From contig CAWJSK010000023.1 in NCBI GenBank assembly GCA_963845535.1, positions 1 to 64,000 on the forward strand: 64,000 nucleotides of DNA, written 5' to 3'. The notes beneath the pieces are model-generated. The model was not told the DNA's origin. It did not search any database and was given only the letters and a program-made list of their open reading frames with translations. The stretch's first letter is position 1. Each line of letters starts with the position of its first letter. Both the position numbers and the translations under genes were made by a program. This DNA comes from an uncultured Spirochaetota bacterium (lineage in GTDB: Bacteria; Spirochaetota; Spirochaetia; SZUA-6; Fen-1364). Positions 50,066 to 59,599 of the stretch are shown here, piece after piece.

Positions 50066-51086
50066 AGGGCGCGCTCGCCTTTGAAATCGGCGGGACGCGT
50101 ACTGAGGTCATCTTCGGAACGCCCTCCGAGCCGCCGGAGTTCCTCCGTGTTTTTGACGAAACAACGCATGCGCACTTCGGGTCCGGCGCGGAACGCTGGG
50201 TGGCAATCCCTGCCGGGGAAAAGGCAAAGTGCTGGGCAAGCGTGGAGTCGGTGCTGGCCCGCGCGGCATCCCTTGGGCTCGGTCGTGATGGGGCAATCGT
50301 CGGCGTCGGGGGCGGGGTGGTGTGTGACGTGGCGTCGTTCGCGGCGTCCCTTTACATGAGAGGGTGCGGGCTGGCCCTGGTGCCTACCACTCTCCTGGCC
50401 ATGGTGGACGCCTCCCTGGGCGGCAAGACCGGCATCGACTTCATGAGCTACAAGAACCTCGTGGGGACTTTCTACCCGGCCTCCCGCATCTACATCGACG
50501 TTGGTTTTCTGCGCACGCTTCCCGAGCGGGAATACCACTCGGGGCTTGCCGAGGTCATCAAGACCGCGATCATAGGAGATGCGGAGCTCTTCTCCCTGCT
50601 CGAACGCTCTCCGACGGAGATTCTGAGCCGGGAGCCTGGTGCTGCGCAGGAGCTGATCCGCAGATCCCTTGCGGTGAAAGGCCGCATCGCCCACGAGGAC
50701 CCTCACGAGGCCGGGGTGCGCGCCGTCTTGAACCTGGGACACACGTTCGGCCATGCTCTGGAGAGCGTCACGGGCTTCTCCGGGTGGACGCACGGTGAGG
50801 CGGTTGCCTGGGGCATGGGAAAATCACTCGATCTGGGCGTCCGCCTGGGACTGACGGATGCCGCCTTTGCCCGCCGCGTCCAGTCGCTCCTTGCGCGCTA
50901 CGGTTTCCGCCGCCGGCCGGGGCGGCCTATGACGAGCTTGAGCCCGCTTTCCAAAGGGACAAGAAGAAGCGCGGGGGGAAGGTGAGGTTCGTCATCCCGC
51001 GGGGACTCTGTGACGTCGTGCTCAGGGAAGCGCCTGCCTCCGAGATTGCCGAGGTCCTGGGAAAGGACGAAGAGCATGAAGCATGA
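50062..51086 (+). CDS. aroB: 3-dehydroquinate synthase (-1 frameshift at the G4 run near 50919-50922)
   Basis: GE..K, GGGVVCD, PTTLLAMVDASLGGKT, LNLGHTFGHALE, HGEAVA. The DKK…VRFV C-terminus is in a shifted frame ending at an ATGA overlap. Confidence 0.93.
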
Positions 51087-51718
51087 AGATTGATAAAGGT
51101 ACCTTCGAGAAGCACCTCCGTTTTTTCAACTCCGGTGAGGTCATTTTCCGTGAAAACGAGGAAGGCAACGAGATGTTCGTCATCGTGGAGGGGCAGGTGG
51201 AGATCCGCAAGGCAACGGGGCCTTCGTCGAACAAGACGCTGACGACATTGACGAAGGGCGACATGTTCGGGGAGATGGCCATCATCGAAAAGATGCCGCG
51301 CTCCGCCACGGCGGTTGCCGTGCTGCCCACGCGCCTCCTGGTCCTGAATGAAAAGCTCTATGAGTCCACCATGACGTCGAACCCGGACTTCGCGCGCAAG
51401 ATGAACAAGGTCCTTTCGGAGCGGATCCGAAGGGCTGATGCCATCATCCAGAACCTCATGTCGACCAACAGGCAGAACCAGCTCTGGACAGGCCTCGTGC
51501 AGTACGCCCGCGAGCACGGGGTCACCACGTACAAGGGAAGCCGGGTGAGCGTGGCGGAGTTCACTTCCTGGGCGGTGGAACACCTTGGGATGATTGAAAA
51601 AGAGGTTCAGGGCATCCTGGCCCAGTTCCTGAAGCGGGAAGTGATTGCCTACTCCGCCCGGGGCAAGGAGGAAATCCTCGTTGAACCCCGGGAAGGCGTC
51701 AGCCTGCCGGAGGGCTGA
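51083..51718 (+). CDS. cyclic-nucleotide-binding (Crp/Fnr-like) protein
   Basis: GEVIFRE, MFVIVEGQV, GDMFGEMA, RSATAVA. Confidence 0.85.
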   Translation: MKIDKGTFEKHLRFFNSGEVIFRENEEGNEMFVIVEGQVEIRKATGPSSNKTLTTLTKGDMFGEMAIIEKMPRSATAVAVLPTRLLVLNEKLYESTMTSNPDFARKMNKVLSERIRRADAIIQNLMSTNRQNQLWTGLVQYAREHGVTTYKGSRVSVAEFTSWAVEHLGMIEKEVQGILAQFLKREVIAYSARGKEEILVEPREGVSLPEG

Positions 51719-51767
51719 AAGGCGTCATCGCGCGCACGCCGGTATCTTGTCCGCGCGCATGCGGTGA

Positions 51768-52940
51768 GTGTACACTATAGCCAACAGGGAGGAGAACGCC
51801 ATCCTCACACCCGGCAAGAAGGGCGCTCGGCCGGAGCGCTTTGAGCAGGAAGTCGCGGCCTTCGTGCGCACAATCCCCGTGCTTCTTCCGCGGGAGATAG
51901 AGGCGCACATAACGTCCTGTGGCTACGTGGGGCAGCTCAAAGCGGTGAGGGCCATTGCCCTCGGGGCTTACCGGCACGTGAGCCGCCTTCGCCGCATCTG
52001 GCTCGAAGGGGCCCGGCGGGAGACGCTCCCGCCCAAGACGACAATGCTTTTCGTCGGGCCCACCGGCTGCGGCAAGACCTACCTCGTGGAGATTCTCTTT
52101 CGGGACATCCTGAGGCTTCCCACCGTCGTCATCGACATGACGGGGTTCTCGGAGACCGGCTACGTGGGCCAGGACGTGAACTCCATCCTCACGCGGCTGC
52201 TCTACGCCGCGGACATGAGCATCGCCTACGCGGCCATCGGGGTGGTCTGCCTGGATGAGTTCGACAAGCTCGCCTCGGGGCAGAACAGCGCCGTGTTCTC
52301 CGGCGCCGGCACCACGAAGGACGTGTCGGGGCTCGGCGTTCAGCGTGAGCTCCTGAAGATGCTCGAATCCATCGAGATGCCCGTGCCCCTTGAGTACACG
52401 CACTCCGATTATGCCCCCAAAGCGGTGATGTCGACGCAGGACATCGGCTTCATTGCCTGCGGCGCGTTCTCCGGCCTCAAGGGGATGATCGACCAGGGGA
52501 ACACGGAGCACATCGGTTTCGGCCGCGAGCCCGCCGGCGGGGAGCTTGGCAAGATTGCCGTTTCCTACTCGGAGGACGACGTGACGCTGGCCCGCAACTT
52601 CATGAATTACGGCTTCCTTCCCGAGCTGATCGGGCGGTTCCGCCGCATTGTCCCGTTCCAGGCCCTGACGCCCGAGCAGCTCGCGGAAATCCTCCGCAGC
52701 AGCCTCGTGTCCCAGTACATGAACGAGTTCCACCTCGAGGGCAAGGAGCTGGTGATCGAGGACAAGGTGCTCGAACGGATCGTGGAGGAGAGTGTCCGCA
52801 AGGAGACGGGCGCCCGCGCGCTGGAGGCCAGTTTCATCAGGTATCTCGAAGACGCGGCCTTCGAATCATTCTCCGAGCCATCCTCGAAACGGGTGTCCCT
52901 GCGCGTTGTCGGGGACAAGATTGTCCACGAAATCACCTGA
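51768..52940 (+). CDS. ClpX-like AAA+ ATPase lacking the zinc-binding domain (probable true start ATC at 51801)
   Basis: GPTGCGKT, GYVG, LDEFDK, DVSG.GVQ, IGF, PELIGR, TGARAL. Confidence 0.85.
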   Translation: MYTIANREENAILTPGKKGARPERFEQEVAAFVRTIPVLLPREIEAHITSCGYVGQLKAVRAIALGAYRHVSRLRRIWLEGARRETLPPKTTMLFVGPTGCGKTYLVEILFRDILRLPTVVIDMTGFSETGYVGQDVNSILTRLLYAADMSIAYAAIGVVCLDEFDKLASGQNSAVFSGAGTTKDVSGLGVQRELLKMLESIEMPVPLEYTHSDYAPKAVMSTQDIGFIACGAFSGLKGMIDQGNTEHIGFGREPAGGELGKIAVSYSEDDVTLARNFMNYGFLPELIGRFRRIVPFQALTPEQLAEILRSSLVSQYMNEFHLEGKELVIEDKVLERIVEESVRKETGARALEASFIRYLEDAAFESFSEPSSKRVSLRVVGDKIVHEIT

Positions 52941-53817
52941 GCCGTCGACCTCTCCGGCGCCGTCCGCTGAGGAGGAGTCGGGGAGGGAAATCATGCGGCT
53001 CGTGGAGGAGCAGGTCTCCCTGGGGCCGCGAGTTCCCGGAACGACAGCGCACGACAATCTGCTCGACCTTCTCGAAAGCCGTCTCCGCCGTCATGCTACG
53101 GAAACCATGCGCCAGGAGTTCCGGGTGACATTCCGGGGGCAATCCGTGGCTTGCGCAAACCTGGTAGGCGCTTTCCGCGCCGCTCACCCCGCGGGCGGGC
53201 CAATCCTCCTGGGCACCCATTTCGATACTCGGCCCCGGGCGGACCTCGACGCGGATCCCGCGCGGCGCGAATCCCCCATTCCCGGCGCCAACGACGGAGG
53301 TTCGGGCACTGCCGTGCTCCAGCACATGCTGGAGTGGCTGTCCGTGCAAAAGCTCAGCCGCGATGTCCTGGTGGCCTTTTTCGACGCCGAGGACCTGGGG
53401 AGCATTGACGGCAACGACTTCTCCCTGGGCGCGGAGTGGTGCGCATGCCATCCGCCGTGGGGCACGGAAGTTGCCGAGGTGGTCGTGCTGGACATGGTAG
53501 GGGGCAGGGGGATGGTGTTCGACATCGACGCTCACATCTTCCTGTTCCCGGCGGAAAAGCGCCTCACGCTCGAGGTGTTTCGGCTCGGATCTTCGCGGGG
53601 CTGGCCTCCATTCACGGCCAGCAAGCCCCAGCGGCTGAAATACGTCATTTCGGACCATCACCCGTTTGCCCTACGGGGCATTCCGTCCTGCCTGCTCATC
53701 GACCTGGACTACCCCGAGTGGCACACGCACGCCGACACCCCTCAGGCAATGTCGGCGGCATCCCTCGGGATCACCGAAGCAGCTCTTTCCCTTTACCTAT
53801 CGCGTTTTCAAGCGTAA
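52921..53817 (+). CDS. M28 family peptidase / glutaminyl cyclase-like protein (start uncertain)
   Basis: GPRVPGT, THFDTR, GANDGGSG, FDAED, LDMVG, SDHHPF, WHTHAD. Confidence 0.85.
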   Translation: MSTKSPEPSTSPAPSAEEESGREIMRLVEEQVSLGPRVPGTTAHDNLLDLLESRLRRHATETMRQEFRVTFRGQSVACANLVGAFRAAHPAGGPILLGTHFDTRPRADLDADPARRESPIPGANDGGSGTAVLQHMLEWLSVQKLSRDVLVAFFDAEDLGSIDGNDFSLGAEWCACHPPWGTEVAEVVVLDMVGGRGMVFDIDAHIFLFPAEKRLTLEVFRLGSSRGWPPFTASKPQRLKYVISDHHPFALRGIPSCLLIDLDYPEWHTHADTPQAMSAASLGITEAALSLYLSRFQA

Positions 53818-55078
53818 GGGCGTCGTAGCTCTGGCGGGATCGAAGGTCCTTCAAGCCCACCACCCCCTCGTTGTCCTCTTTCTCACCAATCACAAGCGCG
53901 AGCGGTATGCCCCTTTTCTCCGCGTAGCTGAACTGGACGGCGAGCTTCTTCTGCTCAGGATAGACCTCGGCGGAAATGCCGGCGTCGCGGAACGCCTCCG
54001 CGGCGCGGTGGTAGCTCCCCGTCAACCTCTCCTCCAGGCACGTGATGAGAAGCGAAGGCGCAGAGGAGGCGGCCGAGGCCAGGCCAAGCTCCTCGATGGC
54101 CGCCATCAGGCGGTCTATGCCGATTGACGCGCCCACGCCGGGGAGCTTCTGGCGCGTGTACAGCGAGGCAAGGTCGTTGTACCGGCCGCCGGAGCAGACC
54201 GAGCCGATTGCCGGCAGGTCGCTCAGGAAGGTCTCGAAAACGACGCCGGTGTAGTAGTCCAGGCCTCTGGTGATGGAGGGATCCAGGGAGAAAGAGTGGG
54301 CGAGGCCAAGCGCATCCAGACCCGAACAGAGGGCGGACAGCCTCTGCACTCCGTCGTCCTCGGCTCCGACCATCCCGCGGAGCGCATCCAGGGACTTCTT
54401 CCAGGATTCCTCCGGACGGATGAACAGCGCGATCTTTCGGGCATTCTCCGCGCCCGCTATCGCTTCCAGGTCTTCCCGCGTCTTTTCCTCCCCCACCTTG
54501 CGCGCCTTGTCGATGGTGCGAAGCACCTCCACCGTTTTCGACTGGAGGCCAAGGCTCGCCACGAAAGCGTTGAAGAGGCCCCGGTGGGCGAAGTGGACCA
54601 CGGACTTTTCCATGCCGAGAGTCTTCATGCACCTGTGCATGAGAAGGAGCACTTCAAGGTCCGCGGAGGCGGAATCAGGACCGACGATGTCGAAATCAAC
54701 CTGCATGAACTCGCGGTAGCGGCCCCGCTGGGTGTTTTCCCCGCGCCACACTTTGGCTCCGTGCCAGCGGCGGAAGGGGAGGGGCAGCTCGTTGATGTGG
54801 GCGGCCATGAACCGGGCAAAGGGGACGGTGAGATCGAAGCGCAGCGCCACGTCCCGATCCCCGTGGTCCTTGAACCGATACACCTGCTTGTCGGTCTCAC
54901 CTCCCCCTTTTCCCAGGAGCACGTCCGCGTACTCCAACGCGGGGGTGTCGATGGGGGAAAAGCCCGAGAGGCGGAAAACGTCCTCCAGCTTTCGGAGGAT
55001 TGCCAGCCTCTGGGCCTCCTTGTCCGGGAGAAAATCCCGAAAGCCCTTGAGCACCCGGGGCTCAATGAGATCCTTCAT
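53771..55078 (-). CDS. hisS: histidyl-tRNA synthetase
   Basis: KGFRDFLP, LRFDLTVPFAR, RGENTQRGRYREF.Q.DFD, RGLDYYTG, GGRY. Confidence 0.98.
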   Translation of the reverse strand: MKDLIEPRVLKGFRDFLPDKEAQRLAILRKLEDVFRLSGFSPIDTPALEYADVLLGKGGGETDKQVYRFKDHGDRDVALRFDLTVPFARFMAAHINELPLPFRRWHGAKVWRGENTQRGRYREFMQVDFDIVGPDSASADLEVLLLMHRCMKTLGMEKSVVHFAHRGLFNAFVASLGLQSKTVEVLRTIDKARKVGEEKTREDLEAIAGAENARKIALFIRPEESWKKSLDALRGMVGAEDDGVQRLSALCSGLDALGLAHSFSLDPSITRGLDYYTGVVFETFLSDLPAIGSVCSGGRYNDLASLYTRQKLPGVGASIGIDRLMAAIEELGLASAASSAPSLLITCLEERLTGSYHRAAEAFRDAGISAEVYPEQKKLAVQFSYAEKRGIPLALVIGEKEDNEGVVGLKDLRSRQSYDALTLENAIGKGKELLR

Positions 55079-56211
55079 GTCTCGATGTCCTTTCTGTAGA
55101 TCCGCCACGTTCGATATCGCTCCACCGGCATCCTCTCCGCGGAATTGACCATGGCTTCATTGGTCTCCACGATCATCGACATTTCCACCTCTTCAAATCC
55201 CTGGCGCATCCCTTCCTGGATGACGTGGGAGTACATTGCCACCTCGATCCCCTGGTGGCGATACTCCTCAAGGACCCCCATGAGGATAAGGCGGAACCGA
55301 CGCGTCCTCTTCAGGGTGGCGAGCAGGGTGATGAAGCCGAGCGGGAAAAGCCTGCCGTTCACCTTCTTGACGGCGACGTTGGCGTCATAGATAGCCAGCG
55401 CAAAAGCAATGGGCTTCCCGTTCAGCTCCACGATGAACGTGAGGTCGGGGATCACGAACTGCTTGACGCCCTCCTTGAGCCTGCCGAACTCCTTGTCCGT
55501 GAGAGGCACATGACCCCAGTTGCTGCTCCAGGCGTCCGCGAATATCCGCTGGACGATCTCCGCTTCCCTGTCGAGATGCCCCTTGATGTCGGCGGCGCGG
55601 ATGCATATGCCGTCCCGCTTGAGCACCCGTTGGGAGAGGACGAAGTACCGCGGGCTCAACTCTTTCTTGAACACGCTTGCCCGGCCCCGGAATGCATACC
55701 AGTCCACGGACTTCTCCCAGCCGTTCTCCTCGAAGAGGCGTTGATAATACGGCGGATTATGGGAGGTCAGCACGTACGGGTCGGTGTCGAAGCCCTGGAT
55801 GAGGATCCCTGTTTCGTCGTAGACGCCGAAGCTCATAGGGCCTTCCATCAACTTCCGACCTTTGCCGCGCAGCCACGCGTCTGCGGCGCCGAAGAGCGCG
55901 CGTGCCGTCTCACCGTTGTCTTCGCACTCGAAGAAACCGACAAAACCCTTGAAGTCGGAAAAGTACTCGTCATAGCGCCGGTTGACGTGCGCGCTGATCC
56001 TTCCCACCGGCTCAATGCCGCGGTAGGCGAGGAACAGCTCCGCGTCCCCGTGATCGAAAAAGACCCCCTTCGACGGGTCGATGAATGCCATCTGGTCCCC
56101 GATCAGCGGGGGGACCCAGTGCGCGTCGCCGCAATAGAGCTTCCATGGCATGGTGACGAACACGGTCCGGTCTTTCTTCGATTTCACCCGGCGGATCTCG
56201 ATGGGCAGCAT
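55075..56211 (-). CDS. GNAT-family N-acetyltransferase (YghO-like)
   Basis: WVPPL, VGRISA, GFFEC, HNPPYY, MGVLEEYRHQG. Confidence 0.8.
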   Translation of the reverse strand: MLPIEIRRVKSKKDRTVFVTMPWKLYCGDAHWVPPLIGDQMAFIDPSKGVFFDHGDAELFLAYRGIEPVGRISAHVNRRYDEYFSDFKGFVGFFECEDNGETARALFGAADAWLRGKGRKLMEGPMSFGVYDETGILIQGFDTDPYVLTSHNPPYYQRLFEENGWEKSVDWYAFRGRASVFKKELSPRYFVLSQRVLKRDGICIRAADIKGHLDREAEIVQRIFADAWSSNWGHVPLTDKEFGRLKEGVKQFVIPDLTFIVELNGKPIAFALAIYDANVAVKKVNGRLFPLGFITLLATLKRTRRFRLILMGVLEEYRHQGIEVAMYSHVIQEGMRQGFEEVEMSMIVETNEAMVNSAERMPVERYRTWRIYRKDIET

Positions 56212-56391
56212 GACGCCTCCTTGGGAAACCTCACTGTAATCTACAGGACCCGTTCGGTGTCAACCTTTTTTTCGCGCCTCCTTTTTTTGCGAAGCCTTGA
56301 CACGCGAAGCCGCCGGGCTTGCATCCTGGGGCGGGACGCGTTACCATGGAGTTGACGAGAGCCACAACACGAGGTCAACCAGGGTTGGATC

Positions 56392-57603
56392 TTGCTTTTC
56401 AGATATAGAACATCGCCAGACGGTACAGTGGAGAAGAAGGCGCACATATACACGGAAGGGGAGCATGGAATTGATCCACGCCGGGTGGACCCGGATGCCG
56501 TGTGGGTCGTGCGCCGCCTGCGCAAGGAAGGCTTCCACGCCTACGTAGTGGGCGGCGCGGTGCGGGACCTCGTTGTCGGCCGGACGCCCAACGACTTCGA
56601 CGTAGCCACGGACGCGCACCCCCAGCAGGTGCGCCGCGCGTTCCGTTCCGCCCGAATCATCGGCCGCAGGTTCCGCATTGTCCACGTGTATTGCGGCAGG
56701 GAAAAGATCATCGAGGTGACGACGTTCCGGGCGCGCGGCACGGGCGCGGTCGAGGCCTCCAATGACGTTGTCGGGGCTGATGGGAACAACCTGTTCGGCA
56801 CCATCGAAGAGGACGCCGAGCGCCGGGATTTCACCGTCAACGCCCTGTATTACTGCCCGCTGGACCGGCAGGTCATCGACTACGTGGGAGGGTACGCCGA
56901 TATCCGGCAGCGCAAGCTGCGCACGCTCATCCCCGCGGAGGCCTCCTTCAGCGAAGATCCCGTGCGCATGATCCGCGCGGTGAAGTACGCCGCCCTCATG
57001 CAGTTCCCCGTGCCGTTCTCAATGTCCCTCCTGATCCGCCGCTGCCGCGCCTCTCTTCTCAACTGCTCCCGTGAGCGGGTAACAGAGGAGATGTACAAGG
57101 TCCTGACCTCAGGCGGCGCGGCGGGCATCTTCGAGCTGGGGTTCCGGCTGCACTTGTTCGAGACGATATTCCCGGCCATCGCGTCGGGCTTGCGGGAGAA
57201 AAGGGTGAAGCTTGCCGTTGCCCCCCTCGGGGAGAGGCTTCGAAGGCTGGACGCGGAATACGCGGAGGGTCGGTTGCTCCCCCGAACCGCGATGTTCGGC
57301 TTCTTGTTCCGGGACCTTGTTGCTGCCCAAGAAGACCTCTTGCGGGACCCTGAGGCCAAGTTCCTGATCCAGCAGTACCTTCGCACTGTGTCGGAGCCGC
57401 TTTTCCCGTCCAAGAGGGACCTTGGAGAGGCAGCGGAAAGCTTCGAGGAGGAGATACGCGCCCGCCGTCCGAGCAGCCCTCACGAACCGCGTGGACAGCA
57501 AGGCGCGGCCGGTGACGGGAGGGGTCCCGGCGGTCCCGTCCGCCGACGGCGTGGACGCCGAAGGGGAGGGAGCAGGAGCCGTCGGGGCCGCGCGGAAGGC
57601 TGA
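56392..57603 (+). CDS. pcnB: poly(A) polymerase I / CCA-nucleotidyltransferase family
   Basis: VGGAVRD, DFDVAT, PAP signature IIGRRFRIVHV, EDAERRDFT, EDPVRMIRA, basic tail. Confidence 0.9.
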   Translation: MLFRYRTSPDGTVEKKAHIYTEGEHGIDPRRVDPDAVWVVRRLRKEGFHAYVVGGAVRDLVVGRTPNDFDVATDAHPQQVRRAFRSARIIGRRFRIVHVYCGREKIIEVTTFRARGTGAVEASNDVVGADGNNLFGTIEEDAERRDFTVNALYYCPLDRQVIDYVGGYADIRQRKLRTLIPAEASFSEDPVRMIRAVKYAALMQFPVPFSMSLLIRRCRASLLNCSRERVTEEMYKVLTSGGAAGIFELGFRLHLFETIFPAIASGLREKRVKLAVAPLGERLRRLDAEYAEGRLLPRTAMFGFLFRDLVAAQEDLLRDPEAKFLIQQYLRTVSEPLFPSKRDLGEAAESFEEEIRARRPSSPHEPRGQQGAAGDGRGPGGPVRRRRGRRRGGSRSRRGRAEG

Positions 57604-57624
57604 CGGAGAGCGAGAAAGCGGCCG

Positions 57625-58818
57625 CTACTTCGCGGCCCCCATCCTCTTCAGTAGCGCATCCACCTTGTCACCGTAGGCTGCCGGGTCCGCGTCCTTTGCA
57701 AAGGTGAGATATTTCGCCGCGTCTGCGCCCCTGCCGGCCGCGAAAGCGTTGACGCCAAGGGCGTAGTTGATGATGGCGGCGTTGGCGCCGAGCTGGAACG
57801 CTTTCATGTACAGGTCATCCGCCTTTGCGTAGTCCTTACGGGAATAGGCAATCAGGCCCAGGTAATACCATCCCGCGTTGGAGTCCGGCTGGACGCCCAC
57901 GGCATTCGTGAAGGACTCTTCCGCTTTCGCGAGGTCTCCCTTCGAATAGAGGTCGATCCCTTCGCGGACAAGATCATTTCCCGTCTTCAGGGAAAGCACG
58001 AATGTCTCGAAATCCTGGCGCAACTTCTGGTCCGGCACCCAGGAGAAGGCGCGCTTTCTGACCTTCGTCGAGTTCGCGTCCAGGCCGGCGCGGGGGTCCA
58101 GGGAGCTGATTGCGTCCCACATGATACGGTTGTACTCGGGCTGCTGGGCGGAGAGCAGGAAGTGCACCAGACCCCAGGACTCCTCCAGAAACTCGTTCTG
58201 CTGCCCCTGGGCCATGTCACGAGTGAAATTGAGGAGGTCCGTGAATGGAATCATCTTTTCGGGACTCTCTCCCCGTATGTTCGCTTTCAGGCCGTCGAGC
58301 CACGCAAGGTTTGCCCGGAAGGTGAAAGTGCCGCTGTTCGGATCATAGGTGGAGGCATCGAGGTAGGTGGCCACGCCCTCCCGCAGCCACAGCGGAGCGT
58401 TGTCCACGAAACCCTTCAGGAACTGGATGGCACCCTGGTGCAGGAGCGACGCCGTGAACGCCTTCTCCTCCTTGGGGAAACACAGGAGCTCCGACTTGGC
58501 GGGGTCTGACCAGGCAATGAAGACGAAGTCCGTCCGCGTCTGAGATATGACGCTGGAGACATAGGCGTTGAAGCTGTCGAGGTCCTTGAAGATCCTCACG
58601 TTGAACTTCGCGGGGAGCTGGGAGAGGTCGAAGTGGAAAAGGCCGTTGTAGAGGGTGAGCGCAGCCTCCATCCGCCGGGAAAGATCCTCCGCCTGGGACT
58701 GGCTCGAGTCGGAGACAACGCGGTAGTGCTCGGTCTCCGAGACGTACTGCTGCGGCGATTGCGCGAAGGCCAGGAGAGGGACAACCATCAGGAGAGCGAG
58801 CACCGAGGCTTTCCTCAT
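57625..58818 (-). CDS. exported zincin-like (peptidase MA/DUF1570-like) plus TPR protein
   Basis: Signal peptide, HQGAIQF, PLWLREGVATY, C-terminal TPRs. Confidence 0.7.
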   Translation of the reverse strand: MRKASVLALLMVVPLLAFAQSPQQYVSETEHYRVVSDSSQSQAEDLSRRMEAALTLYNGLFHFDLSQLPAKFNVRIFKDLDSFNAYVSSVISQTRTDFVFIAWSDPAKSELLCFPKEEKAFTASLLHQGAIQFLKGFVDNAPLWLREGVATYLDASTYDPNSGTFTFRANLAWLDGLKANIRGESPEKMIPFTDLLNFTRDMAQGQQNEFLEESWGLVHFLLSAQQPEYNRIMWDAISSLDPRAGLDANSTKVRKRAFSWVPDQKLRQDFETFVLSLKTGNDLVREGIDLYSKGDLAKAEESFTNAVGVQPDSNAGWYYLGLIAYSRKDYAKADDLYMKAFQLGANAAIINYALGVNAFAAGRGADAAKYLTFAKDADPAAYGDKVDALLKRMGAAK

Positions 58819-58907
58819 ACGACCTCCTCTCATCGATCATAGTTGCGCCCTTTGCGGCTGTCAAACGGAATTCGGCTGCCGGCGTGATCCTGGTCGAGGC
58901 CTGCGCG

Positions 58908-59540
58908 TCAGCGGGGCTGCCGGGAGGACCTGCTTCCGATCCCGTACTCCGGGCGCACGACGGTCTTCTCCACGATCTCGGCCTCCGTCTTTCTCAAGCC
59001 CCGCTTGCTTTTCAGGAGTATCTTCACCGACTCGAAAAAAATATGCGGATAGCTTCTCTTGATCTCCACGGCGGGGACGGGGATGATGTGCTTCCCCTGT
59101 TCGGCGCGGATCTTCAAGGCGCGCGTGATTTCCTCCCGTGTGGAGACCTCCTCGATCCTGATAACGCGGTGAATTGGGGGAAGACCGAGCGTGGTGACGA
59201 TCCTCTGGAGCATCTTGGTGGAGGTGCAGATCACGAGGATGCGCGAGTAGCTCCCCTGGGAGATCGCCGCGCGCGCCTCCGCTATCTGGTCGGGGTTGGC
59301 GAACACGGCGGTCTTGATGGCGCTCAGGATCCCTTTTTCCCGCTTTGCCGACCTGCCGGCAACGATGTTCGGGCCGCGGATCAAGAGACCATCGTCAATG
59401 ATGAGGTCGATGCCGAACCTGCGCGCCACCTGGCGCGCTTTGAAGCTCTTGCCGGTTCCGCTTTTTCCCACGAGCCCGAACGTGCGCGGCTTGCGGGCAA
59501 GCCAGGGGAAGAGTCGTTTGAGAGTCTGGAATGGTTTCAT
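58908..59540 (-). CDS. P-loop NTPase-like hypothetical protein
   Basis: GKSGTGKS, IIDDGLLI, AGRSAK, GKHIIPVP. Confidence 0.75.
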   Translation of the reverse strand: MKPFQTLKRLFPWLARKPRTFGLVGKSGTGKSFKARQVARRFGIDLIIDDGLLIRGPNIVAGRSAKREKGILSAIKTAVFANPDQIAEARAAISQGSYSRILVICTSTKMLQRIVTTLGLPPIHRVIRIEEVSTREEITRALKIRAEQGKHIIPVPAVEIKRSYPHIFFESVKILLKSKRGLRKTEAEIVEKTVVRPEYGIGSRSSRQPR

Positions 59541-59599
59541 GCGGCGCAGGCCCGGTCCTCACCCAAAGGATATACCGGGCCTGCCCACAAGAGCCAGCC

